A stretch of DNA of 64,000 nucleotides, taken from assembly GCF_050250235.1 (NCBI RefSeq), contig NZ_JBFWPA010000006.1, positions 4,464 through 68,463 on the forward strand. The letters are read 5' to 3'. Each line of letters opens with the position of its first letter. The first letter of the stretch is position 1. The notes under the pieces are model-generated. The model did no database searches and was not told the DNA's origin. It was given only the letters and a program-made list of their open reading frames with translations. Origin of the DNA: Pseudorhodoplanes sp. (lineage in GTDB: Bacteria; Pseudomonadota; Alphaproteobacteria; Rhizobiales; Xanthobacteraceae). Positions 46,132-55,470 of the stretch are shown here, in pieces. The position numbers and the translations under genes are program-made.

Positions 46132-47592
46132 TTATGGCGCGCCGGTTCGAAGTATCCCGCGCCAGTCCTCCCCTGGCACCAGAACCTTGCCCAGATCGAC
46201 CGCGTCCTCGCCGGGCACGCGAATACGCTTGAACTTCATGTCCGGCGCATCGAGCGGCTTGGTGGCATCCAGCCCCATCTTCGCACCGACGCCGTTGCGG
46301 GCCGAAGGATCGAGTCTCGAGCCCTGGCTTTCGGAGACCACCATCAGGTCGCGATCGGCCTGGAAGCGTGTCGCCACCGCCCACTCGACCTCGGCCGGAT
46401 TGTGGATGTCGACATCTTCGTCCACCACGATCACCTGCTTGATATCGTAATGACCGGCAAACGCGCCCATCATGATATTCTTCGCCTCGCCTTCCTGGCG
46501 CTTGGCGATCTGCACATGGAGATGGTAGCGGCAGACGCCGCCGAGGGCGAGATGAACGTCGCGCACATTGGGGAAGCTGCGCAGCAGATGCGACAGCAAG
46601 GTCGCCTCGCGCGGAATCCCGCCCAGCAGCAGATGTTCGAGCCCGCCTCCGACGATGGTGTGAAACAGCGGATTCGTCCGGTGCGTCACGGCCGCAATCT
46701 CGATCACATGGCGCCTGGCCCGCTCGCCGTAATATTGCGGGAATTCGCCGAACGGACCTTCCGGTTCGCGCAGATGCGGCAGCAGGCGGCCTTCCAGCAC
46801 GATTTCCGCATCGGCCGGCACGCGCAGCTCGCTGGTGACGCATTTCACCACGGCGAGCGGCGCTCCGTGCAACGCGCCCGCGATCGTCAGCTCGTCGAAA
46901 TCGATCGGGGCGATGGCCTGCGAGGACAAGAGCGTGAGCGGATCGACGCCGACAACGATCGCGACATCGAGCGGCTGGCCGGCGGCCTCCGCGACCTCGA
47001 AGAACGTGTTGGTGTGACGCGGCAACAGCAGGGCGCCCAAGCGGTCCGGCCCGCTCACCTGCAGGCGATGGATCGAGACATTCTGGACGCCGGTCGCAGG
47101 ATTGCGGGCGATCAGCAGGCCCGCGGTGATATAGGCGCCGTTGTCGTGCTCGTTGTGGACCGGGACCGGCAATTGCCGGGTCAGGTCGACGTCGCGATGC
47201 ACCACCTCCTGCGCGGCCGCGTTCCCGACTTCCCTGCACGGCAGCGGATGGAGCACGGCCTCCTGAAACCGCGCCAGCACCTCATGGGGTTCCACGCCCA
47301 TCGCCTCGGCGATCCATTGCCGGTCGGAGACCAGCCCGGAAACCACCGCGATCGGATGGCCGCCGGGGCGCGGAAACAAGGTCGCCTTGCGCCCGTCCAG
47401 GCGCTTGGCGACGGCAGCAATCTCAAACGACAAGGCCAGGTCCGGCCGCGCGACGGCGAGGCGTCCGCTGGCCGCGAGGTGATCGAGCCAGCCGCGCAAT
47501 GTCGTGACCGGCTTTGGACGATTGCTGCCGCCGGCCTCGAACGATTGTGCATCCCGGCGATCGGTTGCTTCGGCCATCCCATCCAGTCCCAT
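46132..47592 (-). CDS. hmfF: 2,5-furandicarboxylate decarboxylase (UbiD family)
   Basis: AKRLDG, HDNGAYITAGL, QNVSIHRLQV, EGPFGEFPQYY, EHLLLGGIPREATLL, GGVCRYHL, EGEAKN, ATRFQAD. Adjacent to hmfABCDE. Start may be 47577. Confidence 0.85.
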   Translation of the reverse strand: MGLDGMAEATDRRDAQSFEAGGSNRPKPVTTLRGWLDHLAASGRLAVARPDLALSFEIAAVAKRLDGRKATLFPRPGGHPIAVVSGLVSDRQWIAEAMGVEPHEVLARFQEAVLHPLPCREVGNAAAQEVVHRDVDLTRQLPVPVHNEHDNGAYITAGLLIARNPATGVQNVSIHRLQVSGPDRLGALLLPRHTNTFFEVAEAAGQPLDVAIVVGVDPLTLLSSQAIAPIDFDELTIAGALHGAPLAVVKCVTSELRVPADAEIVLEGRLLPHLREPEGPFGEFPQYYGERARRHVIEIAAVTHRTNPLFHTIVGGGLEHLLLGGIPREATLLSHLLRSFPNVRDVHLALGGVCRYHLHVQIAKRQEGEAKNIMMGAFAGHYDIKQVIVVDEDVDIHNPAEVEWAVATRFQADRDLMVVSESQGSRLDPSARNGVGAKMGLDATKPLDAPDMKFKRIRVPGEDAVDLGKVLVPGEDWRGILRTGAP

Positions 47593-47657
47593 GCTTGCGG
47601 CGCCATTCGAACGTGCGCCGTTATGGGACGTTTCGCGGCACCCCGCGCGACCGCGCG

Positions 47658-47674
47658 TTACCGGGTCGTCTCAT
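47658..47674 (-). promoter_or_regulatory. Putative AraC binding site upstream of hmfF
   Basis: Minus-strand ATGAGAC-GACC-CGGTAA, matching the motif upstream of hmfA. Confidence 0.55.
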
Positions 47675-47836
47675 TTTTTCATCTTGCAGCGCAACATCAG
47701 GGTTCCGGCGCTTGCAGCGATACGGAAATTTGCGATATCCGCCGGCCTTGCACGATGCGACAATTCGGCAAGAATGGGAAAACGCGTTCGCCGTGCTAAG
47801 ACGGCGCTGAAATCAAGACTGAGCATCAGGCGAGGA

Positions 47837-48697
47837 ATGTCGAACGCGTTGCGCATCGCTCATGGTGAGTTCGGCCGGGTCGCTCTTCTCGACATGGACC
47901 GGTCGCTGGTGCGCCATGCGCACCCGCATTGCCATGTTCTGATCAAGGCCAGCGGCGCCGACACGCAATTCGCGGTCGGCGACAATCTGGTTCCCCTCAC
48001 CGACACGCAGGCGGTGCTGATCAATACCTGGGAGCCGCATGCCTATGTGCATTATCAGGAGCGGCCCCGCACCATCATTCTCGCGCTTTACATCGAGCCA
48101 GACTGGCTGAAGACCTTTCGTCCGAACTGGGCGGCGAGTGGCGCTCATGGCTTTTTCGAGAAGCCCGCGGGCGAAGTGTCGCCGCGGATTCGACATCTGT
48201 CGATGGATCTGGCCGACTCGATGCTTGCCGATCCGGGCGCCGGCGTGACGCAGGAGCAATTGCTGTCCGACCTGATGATCTCGATCATCGAGCGGTTCAC
48301 CCCCTGGCGTACATTGTCGCACGCTGCCCCCGACTTCCGCGCCCATCGCAATCCGATCGACTGGCGCATCCGGCGTGCCATCAACCTGATCCGGGCGAAC
48401 CCGAAAGCGGTGCAGGACGTCGATTCGATGGCGAAGGAAGTGGGCCTGTCGCGCGCCCATTTCTACCGCCTGTTCGAACGCTCCACCCGCATGACACCGC
48501 ATCTCTACGTCAACCTGCTGCGCATGGAGCTTGCGGTCAAAACCGTGGTCCATAGCGACGACAGCCTGGCCGTGGTCAGCGACTCCCTCGGCTTTGCCGC
48601 GCCCAGCCACTTCACGCGGTTTTTCCGCGACCATGCCGGCGTCAATCCCAGCGAATTTCGTCAGGTCGCCCGCATGGGATCGGCCCTGGGCGCCTGA
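47837..48697 (+). CDS. AraC-family transcriptional regulator of the furan cluster
   Basis: N-terminal cupin HAHPHCH, C-terminal GLSRAHFYRLF..TP and LGFAAPSHFTRFFR..GVNPSEFR. Confidence 0.9.
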   Translation: MSNALRIAHGEFGRVALLDMDRSLVRHAHPHCHVLIKASGADTQFAVGDNLVPLTDTQAVLINTWEPHAYVHYQERPRTIILALYIEPDWLKTFRPNWAASGAHGFFEKPAGEVSPRIRHLSMDLADSMLADPGAGVTQEQLLSDLMISIIERFTPWRTLSHAAPDFRAHRNPIDWRIRRAINLIRANPKAVQDVDSMAKEVGLSRAHFYRLFERSTRMTPHLYVNLLRMELAVKTVVHSDDSLAVVSDSLGFAAPSHFTRFFRDHAGVNPSEFRQVARMGSALGA

Positions 48698-48718
48698 CCG
48701 ATCCGGCAAATCTCCGAA

Positions 48719-48755
48719 ATGAGACTTCTCGGTAAGTGATGAGACGGAACGGCAT
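48719..48755 (+). promoter_or_regulatory. Tandem direct-repeat AraC sites upstream of hmfA
   Basis: ATGAGAC-TTCT-CGGTAA (48719-48735) and ATGAGAC-GGAA-CGGCAT (48739-48755), 20-bp period. Confidence 0.6.
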
Positions 48756-48831
48756 GGCCGACCGTTGAACCCTCATGACAGCGTGCCCCCGAATGCGCCG
48801 GCAAATGAGCGCGTCGGGGAACGTCGAAGCG

Positions 48832-51774
48832 ATGGCAGGTCAGGCCACCACATGGTGCGGGCAGTCGGTCGAGCGTGTGGAAGACGCCGCGCTGCTGACC
48901 GGGCGCGGGCGCTTTATCGACGACCTCGGAGTGAGGCCCGGCACCCTGCATGCCGCCATCCTGCGTTCCCCGCATGCGCACGCCCGCATCAGGGCGATCC
49001 ACACCGATGCTGCGCGGCGCGCGGAAGGCGTTGCCGCCATCCTCACCGGTGCGGAGATCACCGCCAATTCGGCGAGTCTTGTCGTCGGCGTGAAGGCCCC
49101 GATCGACTGCTGGCCGATCGCGGTCGATCGGGTGCGCTATGTCGGCGAGCCGGTTGCGGTCGCGATCGCTGAAAGCCGCTATCTCGCCGAGGACGCGCTC
49201 GATCTCGTCGAGGTCGATTACGACCCGCTGCCATGCGTGGTCGATCCGGTCGCAGCACTCGATCCGGCGCAACCGGTGCTTCATGAGGCCTTGCATACCA
49301 ACCTCGTCAGCGAGCGCCGCTTCCGCTACGGCGATCCCGAGCAAGCCTTTGCGGACGCCGCGAACAAGGTTTCCGTCACCATCCGCTACCCGCGGAATTC
49401 GTGCACGCCGATCGAAACCTACGGCGTCGTCGCCGAATACGATCCCGGCGAGGACGCGTATGACGTGACCGCCAATTTCATGGGCCCGTTCAGCCTGCAC
49501 GCGGTGATGGCGCGCGCGCTGAAAGTCCCGGGCAACCGCTTCCGCCTGCGCACGCCGCCGGATTCCGGCGGCAGCTTCGGCGTCAAGCAGGGCGTGTTTC
49601 CCTATGTGGTCCTCATGGCGGTCGCGGCACGGCTCTGCGCACAACCGGTGAAGTGGGTCGAAGACCGGCTGGAGCACCTCACCGCATCGGTTTCTGCGAC
49701 CAACCGCGTCACGACGCTGGACGCCGCGGTCGATGCCGACGGCCGGATCCGCGCGCTGGCATTCGATCAGATCGAGGATGTCGGGGCGCATATCCGGGCG
49801 CCAGAGCCTGCCACGCTTTACCGCATGCACGGCAACCTCACCGGTGCCTACGACATCCGCCACGTGTCGGTCCGCAATCGCGTGGTCGTGACCAACAAGA
49901 CACCGACCGGGCTCAATCGCGGGTTCGGCGGCCCGCAGGTCTATTTCGCGCTCGAGCGGCTGATGCAGCGCATTGCGATCGAGCTTGGCCTCGACCCCAT
50001 TGACGTGATCCGCAGAAATCTGATCCCGTCGGGCGCCTTTCCCTATCGCACCGCCAGCGGCGCCCTGCTCGATTCCGGCGATTATGTGCGGGCTTTCGAA
50101 CAGGCTCTCGCCGAAGGCGGCTTCGCAGACTTGCGCCAGCGTCAGAAGGAGATGCGTGCGCAGGGCCGCATCTATGGCATCGGGCTGACGGCCGCTGTGG
50201 AGCCCAGCGTCTCCAACATGGGCTACATCACCACGGTCCTGACGCCCGAGGAGCGCCGCAAGGCCGGTCCCAAGAACGGTGCGCAAGCGACCGCGACGGT
50301 CTCGCTCGATCCACTCGGCGGCGTTTCGGTCCATGTCGCATCTGTGCCCCAAGGCCAGGGGCACCGGACCGTATTGTCGCAGATCGTCGCCGATTCGCTC
50401 GGTCTCAAGCCGTCCGATGTCCGCGTGGTCACCGACTTCGACAGTGCGCGGGATGCATGGTCGATCGCATCCGGCAACTACGCGAGCCGCTTCGCCGCGG
50501 CGGTCGGCGGCGCCACGCATCTTGCGGCGGAACAGATCAAGGTCAAGCTCGCACGAAGCGCCGCCGCCCAGTTGAACGTGCCGGCCGGCGAGATCGAGTT
50601 CGCGCTGGGACGTGCACGCGCGCGCGGCAACCCGGATAACGCAATCGCCTTTTCGCGCCTCGCCGCAGCAAGTCACTGGTCACCCGGTCTGATCCCGGAG
50701 GCTGACCAGGCGTTACGCGAAACCGCGTTCTGGACTCCGCCGGAACTGACCCCGCCGAACGAGGCCGACGAAATCAACTCGTCGCTGTGCCACGGCTTCA
50801 TCTTTGATTTCTGTGGTGTCGAGATCGATCCGGTCACCGGCGCGGTGCGGATCGACAAATACGTCACGATGCACGACTGCGGACGCATTCTTCATCCGGG
50901 GATGGTCGCAGGCCAGGTGACGGGGGGCTTCGCGCATGCGGTCGGCGCGGCGCTCTACGAGGAATTTTCCTACGGACCGGACGGCGCCTTCCTGACCGGC
51001 ACCTTCGCCGACTACCTCGTGCCGACCGCGATGGAAGTGCCGGCGCCCGTCATTCTGCATGTGGAGACGCCCTCCCCGTTCACGCCGCTCGGTACCAAGG
51101 GCGTCGGCGAAGGCAATTGCATGAGTACGCCGGTCTGCCTTGCCAATGCGGTGGCTGACGCCCTCCGGGTCGCACAGATCGACCTGCCGATGACACCAGT
51201 GAAGATCGCGGGCTATCTTCATGGTGCCGAAACGTCCACGCGGCGCGCGCGCCCCCGCGACAACGCGCCCGCGGGCGCAGGCCGTGCGCTGCATGGTTCG
51301 GGCGAAGCAAGGATCGCCGTCGCACCCGAGGCCGCCTGGGACATGTTGCTCGACCCAAATACGCTCGCCACAATCATTCCCGGCTGTCACGGCGTCGAGC
51401 GGCTTTCCGACACGCATTTCCGTGCCGATGTGACGCTGGGCGTCGGCCCCGTCACCGGCCGCTACAAGGCCGATATCCGGCTCAGCGATCTGGTGCGTCC
51501 GCAATCGGTGACGCTCTCCGGTATCGTCGTTGGTGCACTCGGCGATGCGCGCGGAACCGGCCGCATCCGTCTCGCGCCGACGCCGGATGACGGCACGATG
51601 CTGACCTACGATTATGACGCGGAAATCGGCGGCAAGGTCGCGTCCATAGGGGGCCGCCTGCTCGATGGCGCTGCGAGGATCGTGATCCAGAAATTCTTCG
51701 CAGCACTCGCCCGCAAATGCGGCGGCGGCGAAAAGCGCAGCCTGCTCGCACGCCTGTTCGGAGGCCGCGCATGA
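48832..51774 (+). CDS. hmfA: 2-furoyl-CoA dehydrogenase large (Mo) subunit with C-terminal CoxG domain
   Basis: RVEDAALLTGRG, DSGGSFGVKQ, TGLNRGFGGPQ, GQGHRT, KGVGEG, C-terminal LDP..IPGC CoxG domain. Operon order ABCDE. Start may be 48805. Confidence 0.85.
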   Translation: MAGQATTWCGQSVERVEDAALLTGRGRFIDDLGVRPGTLHAAILRSPHAHARIRAIHTDAARRAEGVAAILTGAEITANSASLVVGVKAPIDCWPIAVDRVRYVGEPVAVAIAESRYLAEDALDLVEVDYDPLPCVVDPVAALDPAQPVLHEALHTNLVSERRFRYGDPEQAFADAANKVSVTIRYPRNSCTPIETYGVVAEYDPGEDAYDVTANFMGPFSLHAVMARALKVPGNRFRLRTPPDSGGSFGVKQGVFPYVVLMAVAARLCAQPVKWVEDRLEHLTASVSATNRVTTLDAAVDADGRIRALAFDQIEDVGAHIRAPEPATLYRMHGNLTGAYDIRHVSVRNRVVVTNKTPTGLNRGFGGPQVYFALERLMQRIAIELGLDPIDVIRRNLIPSGAFPYRTASGALLDSGDYVRAFEQALAEGGFADLRQRQKEMRAQGRIYGIGLTAAVEPSVSNMGYITTVLTPEERRKAGPKNGAQATATVSLDPLGGVSVHVASVPQGQGHRTVLSQIVADSLGLKPSDVRVVTDFDSARDAWSIASGNYASRFAAAVGGATHLAAEQIKVKLARSAAAQLNVPAGEIEFALGRARARGNPDNAIAFSRLAAASHWSPGLIPEADQALRETAFWTPPELTPPNEADEINSSLCHGFIFDFCGVEIDPVTGAVRIDKYVTMHDCGRILHPGMVAGQVTGGFAHAVGAALYEEFSYGPDGAFLTGTFADYLVPTAMEVPAPVILHVETPSPFTPLGTKGVGEGNCMSTPVCLANAVADALRVAQIDLPMTPVKIAGYLHGAETSTRRARPRDNAPAGAGRALHGSGEARIAVAPEAAWDMLLDPNTLATIIPGCHGVERLSDTHFRADVTLGVGPVTGRYKADIRLSDLVRPQSVTLSGIVVGALGDARGTGRIRLAPTPDDGTMLTYDYDAEIGGKVASIGGRLLDGAARIVIQKFFAALARKCGGGEKRSLLARLFGGRA

Positions 51775-52598
51775 AGCCGGCCCGCTTCGACTATCTGCGC
51801 GCGCAGTCGCTGTCCGAAGTGCATGCGGCGCTGGCGCAAGACGGCAACGATGCGCGCGTCATGGCCGGCGGTCAGACTCTCCTGCCGATGCTGTCGATGC
51901 GACTGGCCAGACCGAAAGTGCTGATCGACATCATGCATCTGCCCGAATTGCGGCAGGTTGCGGACCACGGCGATGCCATCCGGGTCGGAGCGGCGGTGCG
52001 TCAGGCCGAACTGCTTGAACGGCCGGACCTCGCACGCACGGCGCCGCTGCTCGCAGCCGCGCTCCCCTTCGTCGGGCACGCCCAGACCCGCAGCCGCGGA
52101 ACCGTCTGCGGATCGGTCGCGCATGCCGATCCGAGCGCCGAAATTCCGCTGATCCTCGTCGCGCTGGACGGAAGCATCGAACTCTCCACGCGCCGCAAGC
52201 GGCGCCATGTGAAGGCTGCGGATTTCTTTACCGGCATGATGTCGACCGGGCGCGACGACGACGAACTGATTGAAGCCGTATCGTTTCCGAAAGCGCAGGG
52301 CAGCCACGGCTACGCTTTCGGCGAATTCGGGCGCCGTCATGGTGACTTTGCCATCGTCGCCTGTGCCACGGTCGCCTCCGCCAGCGGGACCCGGCTTGCC
52401 GTCGGCGGCGTCGCCGATCGCCCGACCGCGCGGGATTTCGGCACGCTCGAGGGTGGCGCACTCGACGATGCGCTGGACGACTTCGCCTTTGATCTTGACG
52501 CGCGAGACGATCTGCACGGGACCGCGCGCTATCGCCGCGAACTGGTGCGACGCATGGGACGCCAATCCATCGAGGAGGCTCGCCGATGCCTCGCCTGA
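51771..52598 (+). CDS. hmfB: 2-furoyl-CoA dehydrogenase FAD subunit
   Basis: MKPARFDY, AGGQTL, HAQTRSRGTVCGS..HADPSAE, RRHGDFA. Confidence 0.85.
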   Translation: MKPARFDYLRAQSLSEVHAALAQDGNDARVMAGGQTLLPMLSMRLARPKVLIDIMHLPELRQVADHGDAIRVGAAVRQAELLERPDLARTAPLLAAALPFVGHAQTRSRGTVCGSVAHADPSAEIPLILVALDGSIELSTRRKRRHVKAADFFTGMMSTGRDDDELIEAVSFPKAQGSHGYAFGEFGRRHGDFAIVACATVASASGTRLAVGGVADRPTARDFGTLEGGALDDALDDFAFDLDARDDLHGTARYRRELVRRMGRQSIEEARRCLA

Positions 52599-53095
52599 GC
52601 GCCGACAGGCGCCATCGCATTCGCCTCCGCGTCAATGGACGCCCGCGCGAGGCCGAGGCAGAGCCGCGAATGCTGCTGACCGATCTGTTGCGTCACGAAC
52701 TCGGCCTTACCGGCACCCATGTCGGTTGCGAGCATGGCGTCTGCGGCGCCTGCACCATCCAGATCGACGGTGTACCGGCGCGCGCCTGCCTGACCCTCGC
52801 GGTGCAGGCCGACGGCGCAGACATCCGCACCGTGGAATCGCTCGAGCCCGCGCCCGGCCGCCTGTCCGTGCTGCAGGACGCATTCCGCCGGCACCACGCG
52901 TTGCAATGCGGCTTCTGTACTGCGGGCATCCTGATGTCGCTTGACCACCTGTTGCGCCGTGATCCCGATCCGTCGGAAGACGACCTGCGCGAATTTCTTG
53001 GCGGCCATCTCTGTCGCTGCACCGGCTATGTCCCGATCATTGCCGCTGCATTGGATGCGGCAAAGGGACTGCGGGAGGAACAACCCGATGCTTGA
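52586..53095 (+). CDS. hmfC: 2-furoyl-CoA dehydrogenase 2Fe-2S subunit
   Basis: GCEHGVCGACT, LQCGFCT, HLCRCTGY. Confidence 0.85.
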   Translation: MPRLSADRRHRIRLRVNGRPREAEAEPRMLLTDLLRHELGLTGTHVGCEHGVCGACTIQIDGVPARACLTLAVQADGADIRTVESLEPAPGRLSVLQDAFRRHHALQCGFCTAGILMSLDHLLRRDPDPSEDDLREFLGGHLCRCTGYVPIIAAALDAAKGLREEQPDA

Positions 53096-54638
53096 CCTCG
53101 GAACCAGCTTTCTCGCGAGCGTCGAACGCAAGCCCGATGCGCTTGCGCTGGTCGATGGCCCGGTCCGCCTGACCTACGCGCAGACCTACGAGCGGATATC
53201 GGCGATCGTGGACGGCTTCGACGAACTCGGCCTGATGCCGGGCGATCATCTCGTGACCGTGCTGCAGAACCGGGTCGAGGCGGCACTGATCCATTGGGCC
53301 TGCCAGTTCGCGGGCATCGTCATCACGCCGCTGAACTGGCGCGCGAAGGCCGACGAGATCGATTACGGGGTCGAGAATTCCGAGGCCAAGGCCATCGTTT
53401 TCGAGGATGTTTCGGCGGCCGAAACCCGTTCGTCGCACCAGGCACAGTTGCGCCGGCGGATCGCGATCGACACGGCGCGGCAGGGCGAGGTCGCCTTCGA
53501 CTCGCTTGCGAACCGCAAGGCCAAGGCCGCCGATCCCCGGGTGTCGGCGGATGCCTGGTCGGTCATGCTCTATACGTCGGGCACCACCGCGCGACCGAAA
53601 GGCGTGCCCCGCCGTCAGCGCGCCGAACGAGCCGCCGCCATCGCCCATGTCGCTCAGAATCTTTACGCCTCCGGAGAATGCACGCTCGGCGTGATGCCGC
53701 TCTATCACACCATGGGGGTTCGCTCCCTGCTCGCCATGTCGATGATCAACGGCGCATTCGTGTGCCTGCCGAGATTTGACGTTGCACAGGCCTTGCGGCT
53801 GATCGAGGCCGAGAAGGTGACCAATCTCTATCTGGTTCCGACGCTCTATCATGATCTCATCCACAATGAGGGATTTGCCCGCGCCGACGTTTCCTCGGTG
53901 CGCAAGCTTGGTTTTGCCGGCGCACCGATGACCGATGGCCTCCTGAAGGAACTGAGTGCGGCGTTCAAGCCTGACCTGTTCGTCAACCATTACGGATCGT
54001 CGGAGGTCTACACCTTCACCATCGATCAGAATGCGCCGGCCAAGCCGGGCTCCGCCGGGCGCGCCGGCATCAACCAGCGCATCCGCGTCGTGAAGCTCGG
54101 TGCCGGCTCGCCCGAACATCTCGCCGAGCCCCATGAGGAAGGCGAGATCATCGCGCATCTGCTGGGCGATGAATCGTTCGAGGGTTATTGGCGGCGGCCG
54201 GACGCGGACATCAAGGCGCTGCGAAAGGGCTGGTATTTCACCGGCGACACCGGGTTTTTCGATCACGAGGGCGACCTGTTCGTCACCGGCCGCGTCGACG
54301 ACATGATCATCACCGGTGGCGAGAATGTCTCGCCGGTCGAGATCGAGAGCTGCCTGTCGCTGCACCCGGCGGTATCCGAAGTCGCGGTCGCGGGCCTTCC
54401 CGACGAACGCTGGGGGCAGATCGTCGCGGCCTTCATCAAGCGCCGCTCCGCCGTGCAGGACGCAGAACTCGATCAGCTCTGCCGGACCTCCGGACTTGCC
54501 AATTTCAAGCGCCCGCGCCGCTACATCTTCGTCAACGAGATTCCAAAATCGCCGGTCGGAAAGCTCCTGCGCCGCAAGCTGATCGCGGGCGAGTTCGAGA
54601 CCGAAGGCGGAACTCCGGCAAAAGGCAATGCAGCATGA
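53088..54638 (+). CDS. hmfD: 2-furoate--CoA ligase
   Basis: MLDLG, YTSGTTARPKG, PLYHTMG, NHYGSSE, TGD, GRVDDMI, PKSPVGK. Confidence 0.85.
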   Translation: MLDLGTSFLASVERKPDALALVDGPVRLTYAQTYERISAIVDGFDELGLMPGDHLVTVLQNRVEAALIHWACQFAGIVITPLNWRAKADEIDYGVENSEAKAIVFEDVSAAETRSSHQAQLRRRIAIDTARQGEVAFDSLANRKAKAADPRVSADAWSVMLYTSGTTARPKGVPRRQRAERAAAIAHVAQNLYASGECTLGVMPLYHTMGVRSLLAMSMINGAFVCLPRFDVAQALRLIEAEKVTNLYLVPTLYHDLIHNEGFARADVSSVRKLGFAGAPMTDGLLKELSAAFKPDLFVNHYGSSEVYTFTIDQNAPAKPGSAGRAGINQRIRVVKLGAGSPEHLAEPHEEGEIIAHLLGDESFEGYWRRPDADIKALRKGWYFTGDTGFFDHEGDLFVTGRVDDMIITGGENVSPVEIESCLSLHPAVSEVAVAGLPDERWGQIVAAFIKRRSAVQDAELDQLCRTSGLANFKRPRRYIFVNEIPKSPVGKLLRRKLIAGEFETEGGTPAKGNAA

Positions 54639-55438
54639 CGGTCCTGACGTTTTCCGACCCGCGTCTTTCGGCGCTGAACGGCTTCCGGGTTGAATTGACG
54701 CCCGAGAAGCAGCGCGCCGACGTGATCCTGCACCGGCCGCCGCTCAACGTCATCGAAATGCCGCAGCGCGACCAGTTGCGGCTGGTTTTCGAGGCGCTCG
54801 ATGAGGACGAGCGGGTGCGGGTGATCGTGCTGCGCGCGATCGGCGAACACTTTTCCAGCGGCGGCAACATCAAGGGCTTCATGGAAGCCTCACCCGAGCA
54901 TGTCTCGAAGCTCGCCTGGAATATCGCCGCGCCCGCGCGCTGCTCGAAACCGGTGATCGTGGCCAATCGCGGCTATTGCTTCGGGGTCGGGTTCGAAATC
55001 TCGCTGGCCTGCGATTTCCGCCTGGTGTCGGAGACCTGTCTCTACGCGCTCCCGGAACAGAAGCTCGGTCAGATTCCCGGCTCCGGCGGCTCGGCACGGC
55101 TGCAGAAGATCGTCGGCATCACGCGCACCAAGGACATCGTGATGCGTTCGAAGCGCATCCCCGGCCGTCAGGCACTCGACTGGGGAATCGCAACCGAATG
55201 CGTGCCGGACGACAGGCTCGAAGCGGCCACGGACGCGCTGGTCGACGAACTTCTTTCGTTCTCGCCGATCGCCCAGCGGACGGCCAAGAAACTGCTCAAC
55301 GATACCGAAGACTCGACGCTGTCCATCGCGATCGAGCTGGAAGGCCATTGCTACAGCCGCCTGCGGCAATCCGACGACTTCAAGGAGGGCGTCGAGGCGT
55401 TTCACGGCAAGCGCGCTGCGCAATTCAGGGGAAACTGA
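54635..55438 (+). CDS. hmfE: 2-oxoglutaroyl-CoA hydrolase (crotonase family)
   Basis: HFSSGG.IKGF.EASPEHVS.LAWN.AAPARCSKPVI, PEQKLGQIPGSGGSARL, ELEGHCYSRLR. Confidence 0.88.
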   Translation: MTVLTFSDPRLSALNGFRVELTPEKQRADVILHRPPLNVIEMPQRDQLRLVFEALDEDERVRVIVLRAIGEHFSSGGNIKGFMEASPEHVSKLAWNIAAPARCSKPVIVANRGYCFGVGFEISLACDFRLVSETCLYALPEQKLGQIPGSGGSARLQKIVGITRTKDIVMRSKRIPGRQALDWGIATECVPDDRLEAATDALVDELLSFSPIAQRTAKKLLNDTEDSTLSIAIELEGHCYSRLRQSDDFKEGVEAFHGKRAAQFRGN

Positions 55439-55470
55439 CGCGGGCAAACCGCCAACCAAGGAGGAATGAA

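Noticed and set aside
44713-47799. 1028-aa plus-strand ORF and other long antisense ORFs (13867-16113, 48661-50676, 56005-57669, 3528-5213)
   Set aside because: They mirror well-supported genes on the opposite strand, have no recognisable motifs, and are expected shadow ORFs in high-GC DNA.
51240-51774. CoxG fusion on the Mo subunit as a novelty
   Set aside because: As I recall, a C-terminal CoxG domain is a normal feature of HmfA proteins.
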